The notes: a model not told the origin generated them from the sequence alone. Counted from the first letter of the whole stretch, positions 9,654 to 20,512 are shown. The stretch is 59,642 bases of DNA, filler included, from 10 parts of 10 records of this genome joined end to end with filler, not necessarily neighbours in it, one strand, 5' to 3'. A program made the numbers and translations.

Positions 9654-11255
9654 ATGGGTCAGGATCGTCAGTTTGATTATGATTTTATCATCATCGGATC
9701 TGGTTTCGGCGGTAGTGTGTCTGCACTACGGCTGGCAGAGAAGGGATATAAAGTCGCCGTACTGGAAAAGGGAAAACGCTGGGAGAATAAGGATTTCCCT
9801 AAAACCAACTGGAACACCCGAAAATACATGTGGCTGCCCCGGCTTGGGTGTTATGGCTTCCAGATGCTCACCCAGCTTAAACATGTGCTGATTTTCCACG
9901 GGGGGGGTGTCGGCGGCGGCAGCCTGGTCTATGCCAACCAATTACTTGTCCCTCCTGACGAAGTGTTTGACAGACCCGAATGGGGCATTGAAAATTGTAA
10001 GGAAAAAATGATGCCCTGCTATGAACGGGCAAAGAAAATGCTGGGGGCCAATCCCAGCCCCCAGGTAGGCAAGGCGGACAAATGCCTCCGGGAAGTGGGT
10101 AAGGAGATACGGGGACAAGACACCTTCCATAAAAATGATGTGGGAATTTTTTTCGGGACACCTAAAACCACCGTGCCGGATCCCTATTTCAACGGAGAGG
10201 GTCCGGATAGAACCGGGTGCGATTTTTGCGGTTCCTGTATGGTGGGCTGTCCCAGCGGGGCCAAAAACACATTGGATAAAAATTATCTCTACCTGGCCGA
10301 AAAAAAAGGGGTGAAGATTATCCCTGAAACTGAGGTTCTGGATGTAAAACCAGCCAATGGCGGCTATGAAATTATCACCAGAAAATCCACAGGTATCTTT
10401 AAACCCCAAAAAATCTTTCACACAAAATCCGCCGTTTTCAGCGGCGGGGTATTGGGGACAGTAAAACTGCTGCACAAATGCAAACAGGAAGGGTCATTAC
10501 CCGATCTTTCAGATCAATTGGGGAATTTTGTCCGGACCAATTCAGAAGCCATCCTGGGGGTTAAATCATTGGATAAGGATACGGACTGGAATGATCAGAT
10601 TGCCATTACATCCGGTATTTATCCGGATGAGACCACCCATATTGAAATGGTCCGGTACAACAAAGGATCAGATGTGCTTTTAAACCTGTTAACCCTGATG
10701 ACAGGCGGCGGTGGCAAATTGCCCAGACTGTTTCGATTCCTGGGTAATATTCTGCGCCATCCCATCCGGTTCATCAAGCTGTTATGGCCCTTTGGCATGG
10801 CATCTTCCACAAGCATTGTTCTGGTGATGCAGACCGATGAAAACTATTTAAAACTCGATTACAAACCAAGATGGTGGCGGTTTGGCAAAAAAAGTTTAAA
10901 TTCAGAGGTCCCCACGGGATTAAAGCGTGCCCCTGCCTATATCCCCATTGCAAATACGGTCACTGAAAAGCTGGCCGAAAAAATGAAAGGGGTGCCGCTG
11001 AGCCTGCTTCCTGAAGCGGCATTTAATGCATCCAGCACGGCCCATATTTTAGGGGGATGCTGCATGGGAGAATCCTCCCCCAAAGGGGTGGTGGGATTTA
11101 ACGGTGAATTGTTCGGCTATCCGAATCTTTATGTCGCGGACGGCTCGGTTGTCCCTGCCAATCTCGGTGTAAACCCAAGCCTTACGATCACAGCATTATC
11201 AGAATACATTATGTCCCGGATTCCTGAAAAAGGAAAACAATCTGAGGTGACATAG
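9654..11255 (+). CDS. GMC family FAD oxidoreductase, cholesterol-oxidase (ChoD)-like
   Basis: IIGSGFGGSV FAD motif, GVGGGSLVYAN, CDFCGSCMVGCP, TAHILGG, NLGVNPSLTI; AGGAGG RBS supports start at 9654 rather than 9537. Confidence 0.88.
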   Translation: MGQDRQFDYDFIIIGSGFGGSVSALRLAEKGYKVAVLEKGKRWENKDFPKTNWNTRKYMWLPRLGCYGFQMLTQLKHVLIFHGGGVGGGSLVYANQLLVPPDEVFDRPEWGIENCKEKMMPCYERAKKMLGANPSPQVGKADKCLREVGKEIRGQDTFHKNDVGIFFGTPKTTVPDPYFNGEGPDRTGCDFCGSCMVGCPSGAKNTLDKNYLYLAEKKGVKIIPETEVLDVKPANGGYEIITRKSTGIFKPQKIFHTKSAVFSGGVLGTVKLLHKCKQEGSLPDLSDQLGNFVRTNSEAILGVKSLDKDTDWNDQIAITSGIYPDETTHIEMVRYNKGSDVLLNLLTLMTGGGGKLPRLFRFLGNILRHPIRFIKLLWPFGMASSTSIVLVMQTDENYLKLDYKPRWWRFGKKSLNSEVPTGLKRAPAYIPIANTVTEKLAEKMKGVPLSLLPEAAFNASSTAHILGGCCMGESSPKGVVGFNGELFGYPNLYVADGSVVPANLGVNPSLTITALSEYIMSRIPEKGKQSEVT

Positions 11256-11302
11256 CCAGTTGATTTCCATCCATATAACCCGTTTAATTAAAAGGAGAAG
11301 GT

Positions 11303-12865
11303 ATGTTAAATTTGGTTTCTGCTCTGGAACACAGTGTAAAGGATTTTCCCCAAAAAGATGCCATTATTTTTGGAGATACACGACTAACATATGCCCAGGT
11401 CAATGCCATGGCAAACCAGGTGGCAAACGGGCTGAAAAACTCAGGTATTTCAAAAGGAGACAAGGTCGCCGTAAGCTGTCCCAATCTTCCTTTTTTCCCC
11501 GTCGTATACTATGGCATTTTAAAAACCGGGGCTGTTGTTGTTCCCATTAATGTCCTTCTTAAAGGCCGGGAAATAGCCTATCACCTTGAAAACAGTGAAG
11601 CAAAAGCCTATTTTTGTTTCCAGGGAACCCCTGAACTGCCCATGGCAGAGGAAGGCTGGAAAGGATTCAAGGATGTGGCAACATGCGAAATGTTTTATGT
11701 GATGACAGCCGATCCTGCTGCAGCCTCACCCATTGAGGGTGCTGCCACATTGGGGCAGATGATGGGGCCCCAGCCGCCTGAATTTGAAACCATAGCGACG
11801 GAACCTGGGGATACGGCTGTTATCCTGTATACGTCCGGCACCACCGGATTTCCCAAAGGTGCAGAACTTTCCCATTCCAATATGACAATGAATGCCCTGG
11901 GTTCCAAAGAGATCATGAAAATGACCCATGATGATGTCCATGTGGTTGTGGCACCCCTGTTTCATTCCTTTAGTCAGACCTGCCAGATGAATGCGGGTTT
12001 CATCAGCGGGGCCTCACTGGTGTTGATTCCCCGTTTTGACCCAGGCGCTGTGCTGGCTGCCATGCAAAAAGAAAAAGTCAGCATATTTGTTGGGGTGCCA
12101 ACCATGTATTGGGCCCTTTTGACCTACGAAGACAAAGAGAATCAATTGGACCTGGATAGAATTTCAAAACATCTTAGAATAGGCGTTTCAGGGGCTTCTT
12201 CACTCCCCCTGGAAATCATTAAGGGAATAGGGGAAAAGTATAATATTCCGATTATGGAAGGATACGGTCTTTCCGAAACCTGTCCTGTCGCCACCTTCAA
12301 CCATTTGCACAAAGAATTAAAACCCGGGTCTGTCGGCACACCCATCTGGGGGGTTGAGGTTAAAATTTTTGATAAGGACAATAAAGAAATGCCACAGGGT
12401 GAAATCGGCCAAATCGTTATTCAGGGGCATAATGTCATGAAAGGCTATTACAACAAACCCGAAGCAACTGCCGAAGCCTTTGAATCTACCCCCTGGTTTC
12501 ATACAGGCGATTTAGGGAGAATGGATGAGGACGGTTACCTGTTTATTGTGGACCGTGTAAAGGATATGATCATCCGCGGGGGATTTAATATCTACCCAAG
12601 GGAGATTGAAGAGGTTCTGCTCACCCATCCGGCCGTCTCTCTCACCTCTGTTATCGGGGTTCCCCATGACAGCCACGGTGAAGAAGTCAAGGCTTTTGTC
12701 GTCCTCAATCCGGGAGAGACCATTGAAACTGAGGAGATCATCAGATGGTCAAAAGAGCAGATGGCCTCCTACAAATACCCGAGAATTGTAGAAATAAGAG
12801 AATCCCTTCCCATGACTGCTACAGGGAAAATTCTAAAGAAAGAGTTGAAAGCTGAAAGCATCTAA
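11303..12865 (+). CDS. fadD: long-chain fatty-acid--CoA ligase
   Basis: YTSGTTGFPKG, EGYGLSET, FHTGD, DRVKDMIIRGG, TATGKILK motifs. Confidence 0.9.
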   Translation: MLNLVSALEHSVKDFPQKDAIIFGDTRLTYAQVNAMANQVANGLKNSGISKGDKVAVSCPNLPFFPVVYYGILKTGAVVVPINVLLKGREIAYHLENSEAKAYFCFQGTPELPMAEEGWKGFKDVATCEMFYVMTADPAAASPIEGAATLGQMMGPQPPEFETIATEPGDTAVILYTSGTTGFPKGAELSHSNMTMNALGSKEIMKMTHDDVHVVVAPLFHSFSQTCQMNAGFISGASLVLIPRFDPGAVLAAMQKEKVSIFVGVPTMYWALLTYEDKENQLDLDRISKHLRIGVSGASSLPLEIIKGIGEKYNIPIMEGYGLSETCPVATFNHLHKELKPGSVGTPIWGVEVKIFDKDNKEMPQGEIGQIVIQGHNVMKGYYNKPEATAEAFESTPWFHTGDLGRMDEDGYLFIVDRVKDMIIRGGFNIYPREIEEVLLTHPAVSLTSVIGVPHDSHGEEVKAFVVLNPGETIETEEIIRWSKEQMASYKYPRIVEIRESLPMTATGKILKKELKAESI

Positions 12866-12878
12866 AAATTGGGGTGAT

Positions 12879-13031
12879 GTAAGGACAGACACCGCTTTCC
12901 TTCCCCTCAGGACGAACGGAAGGAATTTAGTAGCGGTCCCTTACCCTGTTGAGGACGGATTCAGGGCGGTCCCCCCAAAGGCTAGGGGGAAAATTTCAAC
13001 GAATATGGAATCGGGGTTAATGGGACCCGGA
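12879..13031 (+). ncRNA. candidate structured RNA with AGGACG hairpin loops (CsrA/RsmA-sponge-like)
   Basis: three consecutive hairpins, two with 13-nt loops containing AGGACG; 10 GGA motifs in about 150 nt; truncated by contig end. Confidence 0.3.
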
Positions 13032-13043
13032 GCAGCAGCTGCT

Positions 13044-13143
13044 NNNNNNNNNNNNNNNNNNNNNNNNNNNNNNNNNNNNNNNNNNNNTTAATTAATTAAN
13101 NNNNNNNNNNNNNNNNNNNNNNNNNNNNNNNNNNNNNNNNNNN
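13044..13143. other. artificial contig linker
   Basis: N-run/TTAATTAATTAA/N-run. Confidence 0.97.
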
Positions 13144-13867
13144 CATCTATCTCAAGTACCTTCAGTCCCTTTGGGCTGTCAATTGCCTCAACATCCATTA
13201 TTCCACGAAGTTTAAGGTTCCTGGCAAGTTCATAGGTTATTTTCCTGAAATCAGGATGGTTATCGATGGGAGTTACCATATGACAATCGTAGGTATCATC
13301 GACATACACCCTTGTTTCCTTTACAACTGCAAAATGACTTCCGTCACCGATCACCTCAAGGGAAATAACATTACCCTCAACATATTCTTCAATGAGCATT
13401 GAAGTATCAAGTCCTTCAAGTTCCTCATCCTCATATATTATAGAAGTCCCGACACTGCTGCTCTCACAAGGCGGTTTGACAAAATACGGAGGACTAACAG
13501 GCTTATCCCCGGGTGTGGGGACGTTGATGGATTTAAAGAAATTTTTGGAACGCTTTTTGTCCCTGCTGATGTGATAGGAATCAAAATCAAAAAGTATCGG
13601 ACATGCCAGCTCATCCTTTATGTTTTCAAGGAATTCTATTGTTTCAATGTTCTCGTTAACAGGGATGATCGCATCCATGTTTTTTGAGAGGATTCTCAGT
13701 TTTTCAGGTTCCCTGACCACGTCAAAGCAGAGAAAACTATCAACAACATTACGTATCAGGGGATTCTCCCTGCGGTCCACAAGTGTGACATTCATGCCAG
13801 CCTTGTGTGCCAGATACGTAACCTCAAAACCCTGTAGTTTCCCCCCGATTATACAGACATTGGTCAC
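13144..13867 (-). CDS. pylC: 3-methylornithine--L-lysine ligase (ATP-grasp), 3' truncated by contig edge
   Basis: IIGGKLQGFE N-terminus, FVKPPCESSS, GIMDVEAI..LKVLEID; GTGA overlap with pylB. Confidence 0.93.
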
Positions 13868-14955
13868 AATGCCACCACCGGTATTTTAAGATGTGTTGCT
13901 GGCTGATTTTTGATTATCCTGTTGAATTCATCCTGGCTTGCAGGTTCCATACCCATGGTCCTCAGGCGTCTGATAACGCTTTTTGAGTCTCTGTCCCTTT
14001 CTTCGAGTTCCCTGTCATAGTTGACAACGCCTTCAAGTGAAGAATCAGAGGATATTATTGATGTGACAACATTTGCACCTGCATTCAGACGGTGGACCAT
14101 ACCATCGATTCCCTCAAGGTCGAGAGATGCTGGTATAAGTCTGTCAGGGAACATCAGCCTGAGAACTGAGATTATCTTCAGTTCTGAGAGACTGGATCCC
14201 TGGTCCACTTCCTCAAGGGGGGTTCCTTCCTGTGGAACGAATGTCATAACACGCACCATGTCAGGATATCCTTTTTGCATTCCCCGAAGCGATCTTATGG
14301 TTGATTCGATATCATTACCAACACCAGTAAGTATGCCGTCCTCGACACAGTACCCGATGTCTCTTGCAAATTCCCTTGCATGGCTCCTTTCTTCGAATGA
14401 CTGCCCGACCCTCAGTTTCCGGTAGAGTTCCTTATCGTGTGTTTCCTGGTAGAGGGCAAGGAAATCAGCTCCGTTCTCATGGAGTTTTGTAAGTGTCTTG
14501 TCGTCCATGACACCTGGAGATATCATAATAGGGAGTCCTGTCTCTTCCTTTACTGCCCTTACGACCTCAACGAACCTCTCAGGATCATTGTGGAAATAGG
14601 GATCTTCTCCCATTGTGAGATCAACCATATGGATGTTCTCGTTCTTCACTGCCCTTGCTATGCTGCGTATCTCGTCCATGTCCAGGCGGTAGCGCTGTAT
14701 GTCGTTACACCTGTTGTAGTAACAGAAGGCGCAGTTGTTCCTGCAGTATGTTGAGAAGTAAACGAAGCTGTAGAGGAAGACCCGGTTGCCGAAGAAGTGG
14801 TCCCTCACTTTTCTTGCAACATAGTGCAGTTTCTCTATGTCCTCTTCATCTGTCAGGGAAAGAAGTTCCCTTAGGTTATCATTTGTGAGCTTACAGCCTT
14901 TTATTATATGCTCTGCAACAGTATCGAGGTCCCAGTGATCTGTATTCTTTATCAT
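13864..14955 (-). CDS. pylB: methylornithine synthase (radical SAM lysine mutase)
   Basis: CRNNCAFC radical SAM motif, DLTMGED, PASLD, GANVVTSII; between pylS and pylC. Confidence 0.95.
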   Translation of the reverse strand: MIKNTDHWDLDTVAEHIIKGCKLTNDNLRELLSLTDEEDIEKLHYVARKVRDHFFGNRVFLYSFVYFSTYCRNNCAFCYYNRCNDIQRYRLDMDEIRSIARAVKNENIHMVDLTMGEDPYFHNDPERFVEVVRAVKEETGLPIMISPGVMDDKTLTKLHENGADFLALYQETHDKELYRKLRVGQSFEERSHAREFARDIGYCVEDGILTGVGNDIESTIRSLRGMQKGYPDMVRVMTFVPQEGTPLEEVDQGSSLSELKIISVLRLMFPDRLIPASLDLEGIDGMVHRLNAGANVVTSIISSDSSLEGVVNYDRELEERDRDSKSVIRRLRTMGMEPASQDEFNRIIKNQPATHLKIPVVAL

Positions 14956-14964
14956 GATGGCACC

Positions 14965-16323
<1,359 letters not shown>

Positions 16324-16689
16324 CTAACCTTTTTTCCAATTACTTCCTAAAATCCCAGATATGCCATCATCCAGTTGTGGTTCTTGGTTTTGATTATCAT
16401 TGGTTCTATTCCTTTTTATTTTGATTATTTTAGGTTGTTTTACTGATGTATTGTATCGACTAGAACAACATAACAATGTTAGTCATCGACATATATATAT
16501 ATTGCCCATATTTGACATTATATATAGTTTTCTAGGCGGGAATCAGAAAACATCTACATATAGTTTTCTCTATTTTATGGCCATCTAGATGCCATCCTTA
16601 CATTTTCAGGTCTATAATAAATGAGAAATACCCTCATAATTCTGAATGGGAGATTGATCCTTAGCTATTTATCTTGATCTTAGTGCAAG

Positions 16690-16730
16690 ATTACAACGCT
16701 GTTGTAATAATACACTGACAATCAAATATT
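16690..16730. promoter_or_regulatory. palindromic operator ATTACAAC-N3-GTTGTAAT plus CAATCAAATATT box (copy 1)
   Basis: perfect 8-bp inverted repeat; 34/41 identical to copy at 19110-19150 with the same internal spacing. Confidence 0.7.
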
Positions 16731-16923
16731 CCAATGTAATTTTTAAAAACAATATCTCAATACTGTTTTTCTTAGATATGGGGGTCTATGCCGGCAACAC
16801 TCTTCCGTCAGTTTTAAATAAAAGTTACCAGAATAGCAATTCCGTAAAATATAAGTAGCGCACTTGATATTTGCATATAAATTTATCGTTCAGGTATTTT
16901 GCTTAAATCACTGAGGTGGTAGA

Positions 16924-17061
16924 ATGAACAAAATAATCACTTTGAATAAATACGTGGATTGTTGTGTCCGCGAGAATTCTCCCGTAACTGGAATATAGGC
17001 CGGAGCCGGCTACCCGATGGGTATGCCTCTTTCCCAGAAAACGAACCTGAGTTATCCATGA
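16924..17061 (+). CDS. candidate pyrrolysine-containing leader peptide (45 codons, UAG at codon 25)
   Basis: GAGGTG RBS before ATG 16924; MNKIITLNKYVDCCVRENSPVTGI-(TAG 16996-16998)-AGAGYPMGMPLSQKTNLSYP-TGA; the TGA overlaps the GAGGTGA RBS of the permease. Confidence 0.5.
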
Positions 17062-17070
17062 GGTGAGCGC

Positions 17071-18602
17071 ATGAGCAGTAAAGCGGATGCATCTCAGCCC
17101 GGTATTGACTGGGAACACGGTCCCCAGTGCAGTAAGAACATATGTGACCCACAGGAACTTGAGAGAACTATAGACTGGAAACAAGGTCTTGCAATAGCAC
17201 TGGGTGTTCCCCTGCTTATCCTTCCTTCTATAGGTACCTCACAAGTTATGTCTGGTCCTTTGCGATAGTCATCTGGGGGGCTACGGTACTTCTTGGATTC
17301 CTGCAGAACTTCGCTTTCGGAGAACTGGCAACAGTATTCCCAAAAGCTTCGGGTCTTCCAGGCTATACGCAGACGGTCTTTGGTTCCGATAAGGACAAGA
17401 ACAACAAAGGTAAATTCAAATTCGGTAAGTTCATCGGCGGTTTCAGCGCCTGGAGTTACTGGTTCGGATGGAGTCCTGTCCTTGCCATCTATGCTATACT
17501 GATATCTAGCTATATCCAGGGGATGGTCCCTGCACTTGCAGGTATCAATGAGACTCTACTGGCACTGGTTATTGGTGGATTCATTTTCGGTTCTCTTGCA
17601 ATTATCAATGCAAAGGGACTCAAGAATGGAGCAGCTGCCGGAGTCATTTTAGCTGCTATCTCCTTGGTACCTCTTCTGGTCATCACCATTGCCCCATTCT
17701 TTACCGGTGATTTCCAGATGTCAAATATCACAAATTCATGGTTCCCTTCAGACTGGAGTTGGGACTGGGAGCACATACTCATCCTTCTCGGACTTCTTGC
17801 AATGGCAGAATGGAGTGCTGCTGCATGGGAAACTGCTGCTATCTATGGTCCTGAGTATAAGAAACCGAATTCAGATATACCAAAGGCATTGCTTGTTTGT
17901 GGAGCAATATGCCTTGTACTATATGTACTTGTACAGACATCAGTCATCGGTGCACTTGGAGTTGAGGGAGTTCTTGCAGAACCTATCTCACCAATGCTTC
18001 CACTGGCAAACATGTCACTTGGTCCAATCGGCGCTTCCATTTCAATTGTAATGTTGATAGGTGCAATGCTTCTGATTATCCAGACAGCTTTCCTCTCATC
18101 TGCACGTTCCATATATTCAATGTCACTTGAAGGAAACCTACCATCGGTTCTGAGCAAGCTGAATAAACACGGGCATCCCATGAACGCTATGATCGCTGAT
18201 GCAGCCTTCAACATGTTCCTTATCCTTCTTGGAACACCAACGGCTATACTGGCTGCTTCTGCTATCGGTTACATTTGTGCCAATGGTATCAGTCTTTACA
18301 CCTATGTAAAGGTCAGGAACGACCCTGAGCTCTCAAAACTGGAAAGACCTTTCAAGGCCCCAAGGGGATGGAAGAGCGTTGTTCTGGCAACTACAATACT
18401 GAACACTCCTCTCTTCCTGATAGGTATAATATACCTCAACAGCCTTGAACTCGGATGGGAAACAACAGGTGTTGGCTTTGCAATGCTCTGTTTATTCATT
18501 CCTCTCTGGATATACTCCCAGCGTGAGAACAGGAACAGAATGCCTGTAGCTCATGCAGAGCACAGGGAACATGGTATACTCGACCCAGAACCGGTTCCTT
18601 AA
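17071..18602 (+). CDS. APC-family methylamine permease (MtmP/MtbP-like) with a 1-nt frameshift near 17235
   Basis: LERTIDWKQGLAIALGVPLLILPSIG continues in the -1 frame as YLTSYVWSFAIVIWG..GELATVFPKASGLPGY into ORF 17523-18602 (AWETAAIYGPEY, LERPFKAP). Confidence 0.82.
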
Positions 18603-18746
18603 GAAGAATGATAAAAACATGATACAATGAGTAATACAGGAACCTGATATCACGGATATCAGGATTCCTTTTAATATTAGCATGAAGTACTCAAAAACTA
18701 AAAATCAAAAAACTGGCTTTATTGCCTACTTCTATTTGGTGTAAAA

Positions 18747-18911
18747 ATGGAAATTGAAAATATCATTATTGTAAATTTTGCTATTGCTATTCTGGCAAGT
18801 TTTTTCATATATTCAGCGACCAATCCTCTCCCGTCAGGAATCACAGTACTTGAAACTCTGGCAATTAGTGGTCTGTGTGCTTACCTCTTTAATAACCCGG
18901 ATATTTTGTAG
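18747..18911 (+). CDS. small hydrophobic (two-TM) hypothetical protein ending in TAG
   Basis: GGTG RBS-like; MEIENIIIVNFAIAILASFFIYSATNPLPSGITVLETLAISGLCAYLFNNPDIL-TAG; readthrough would end at TGA 19011-19013. Confidence 0.4.
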   Translation: MEIENIIIVNFAIAILASFFIYSATNPLPSGITVLETLAISGLCAYLFNNPDIL

Positions 18912-19109
18912 GAAATTCGCTCTTTCTCGATGCATGTGGTGCAAAATTCTGAAAATACGGTCCTTTTGTCCTTATTATATTCACATTCAAGTGTCCATTT
19001 TTGCAGATCTTGATCTCAGATATCTTTTTGATCTTCTATGAAAAGGAAGTCAATGTTACCATGATCAGATCCATAAGATCCTAATAGTCCATTTTAATCA
19101 TCCTCTAAT

Positions 19110-19150
19110 ATTACAACGCCGTTGTAATAATTCGAGTGCAATCAAATATT
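19110..19150. promoter_or_regulatory. palindromic operator ATTACAAC-N3-GTTGTAAT plus CAATCAAATATT box (copy 2)
   Basis: see copy 1; lies about 150 nt upstream of the ORF starting near 19297. Confidence 0.7.
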
Positions 19151-19296
19151 TCTTTGCTGTTAATTAATTCACATGCAGTAGGCTCATTTTACTGAGTTTA
19201 TGATATATACGTTTTCTTCTTATGCTTAATTATAACTGATTGCTCTTTCAAGTTTCAAATTATCTACTATGGACTGGGGGCAAAAGGTCAGGAGGT

Positions 19297-19338
19297 ATGA
19301 TTATTAGTAACGAAGAAATGTTCAAAGAATTATCAGAC
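19297..19338 (+). CDS. N-terminus of a probable methylamine corrinoid protein (MtmC/MtbC-like), truncated
   Basis: AGGAGGT RBS; MIISNEEMFKELSD resembles N-termini of methylamine corrinoid proteins; only 14 codons visible. Confidence 0.45.
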
Positions 19339-19438
19339 NNNNNNNNNNNNNNNNNNNNNNNNNNNNNNNNNNNNNNNNNNNNTTAATTAATTAANNNNNN
19401 NNNNNNNNNNNNNNNNNNNNNNNNNNNNNNNNNNNNNN
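19339..19438. other. artificial contig linker
   Basis: N-run/TTAATTAATTAA/N-run. Confidence 0.97.
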
Positions 19439-20413
19439 ATTATCACCCATATCACTAATAATGAATGGCTTCTCTTCAAAGGCAATGGCTTGCTCCAAAC
19501 ATTCTTCCAAAGATGCCACAGGAGCAACAAATTCAAACTCTTCCCGCACGTCCCAAAAAGCTTTAGCCAGTTTTTCGGCTGCACCAGTTACTTCTGCTTT
19601 ATCATCGCCATATGCCATAACTACGGCACGGTTTCGTGGCTCATCGGCCCATGCGTAGCCCACCCAAATGGCAGCATCAATTACGCCTTCGCTCTTTGTT
19701 AACGGATCAACCATAGCATACAGGCTTTTACCGGGCTCTATGCGCGTACTTGTCTTCTCTCCGGGTAAAAGTACCGGAACCGGTATCCAGGCTTTGTATT
19801 TTGGTTTGCCTTTGCCGTTTTCCAACCGATCGAGTAAATTGGTTAAAGCCCGGTGTTTCGATTCAATGGCATCTTCGTGTGGTGCCATACGGTAACAAGT
19901 AATCAAATCAGTATGTTTTGCCAATCGTTCGCTGACGTTTCCGTGCAAATCCATCGAGGTTGAAATAAGCACATTGTCGCCAACAACTTTTCGTATGCGG
20001 GCAATCATATCCCCTTCCGGATCATCTAATCCCACCACACTCATTGCTCCGTGAATATCGAAAAAGATACCGTCGTAAGGCATATTCTTTTTCAGACTGT
20101 CAAGCATTTCGCCCAGTAATGTTTCATAAGCTTCTTTTGTAACAACACCTCCTGGTAGCGCATGGCCGCGCAATGCCGGAAACCATTGTGCACGTTGCCG
20201 AGTAGCAGCTGTGTCATCCATAAAGGGGTAATAAGTAAATATTTCTTCCCCCCTGCGTGCATGGAAAGCTTCAATACCCGATTGAGCGGGAGAAAAAGTA
20301 CTGGATTCGATGGCAAGGCCGCAAATGGCAACACGAGGTAGTTTGCTTTGTTTCTTACAACTCCAGCTAAAAAATATAATCAACAGGAATATTCCCGAAA
20401 TAAATTGTTTCAT
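19439..20413 (-). CDS. M81 family metallopeptidase (MlrC-like) lipoprotein, 3' truncated
   Basis: lipobox-like FSWSC; IESSTFSP, DIHGAM, DLHGN, YRMAPHED, SDMGDN motifs. Confidence 0.88.
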
Positions 20414-20456
20414 GGTGAATAAAATTTCAATTATATGTTAGTTACTGGCGAATTTA

Positions 20457-20488
20457 AATAAAAAATGGCGCCTCCCCAAGCGCCATTT
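20457..20488 (-). terminator. intrinsic terminator after the DUF6261-like gene
   Basis: AAATGGCGC/GCGCCATTT stem followed by a U-tract on the minus strand. Confidence 0.65.
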
Positions 20489-20512
20489 CTCCTCATTGTT
20501 CTGCAAAACTCC

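Noticed and set aside
17266-17268. TAG ending ORF 17071-17268 as a pyrrolysine codon in the permease
   Set aside because: Family-like sequence has already moved to the -1 frame about 30 nt earlier; readthrough gives unrelated sequence
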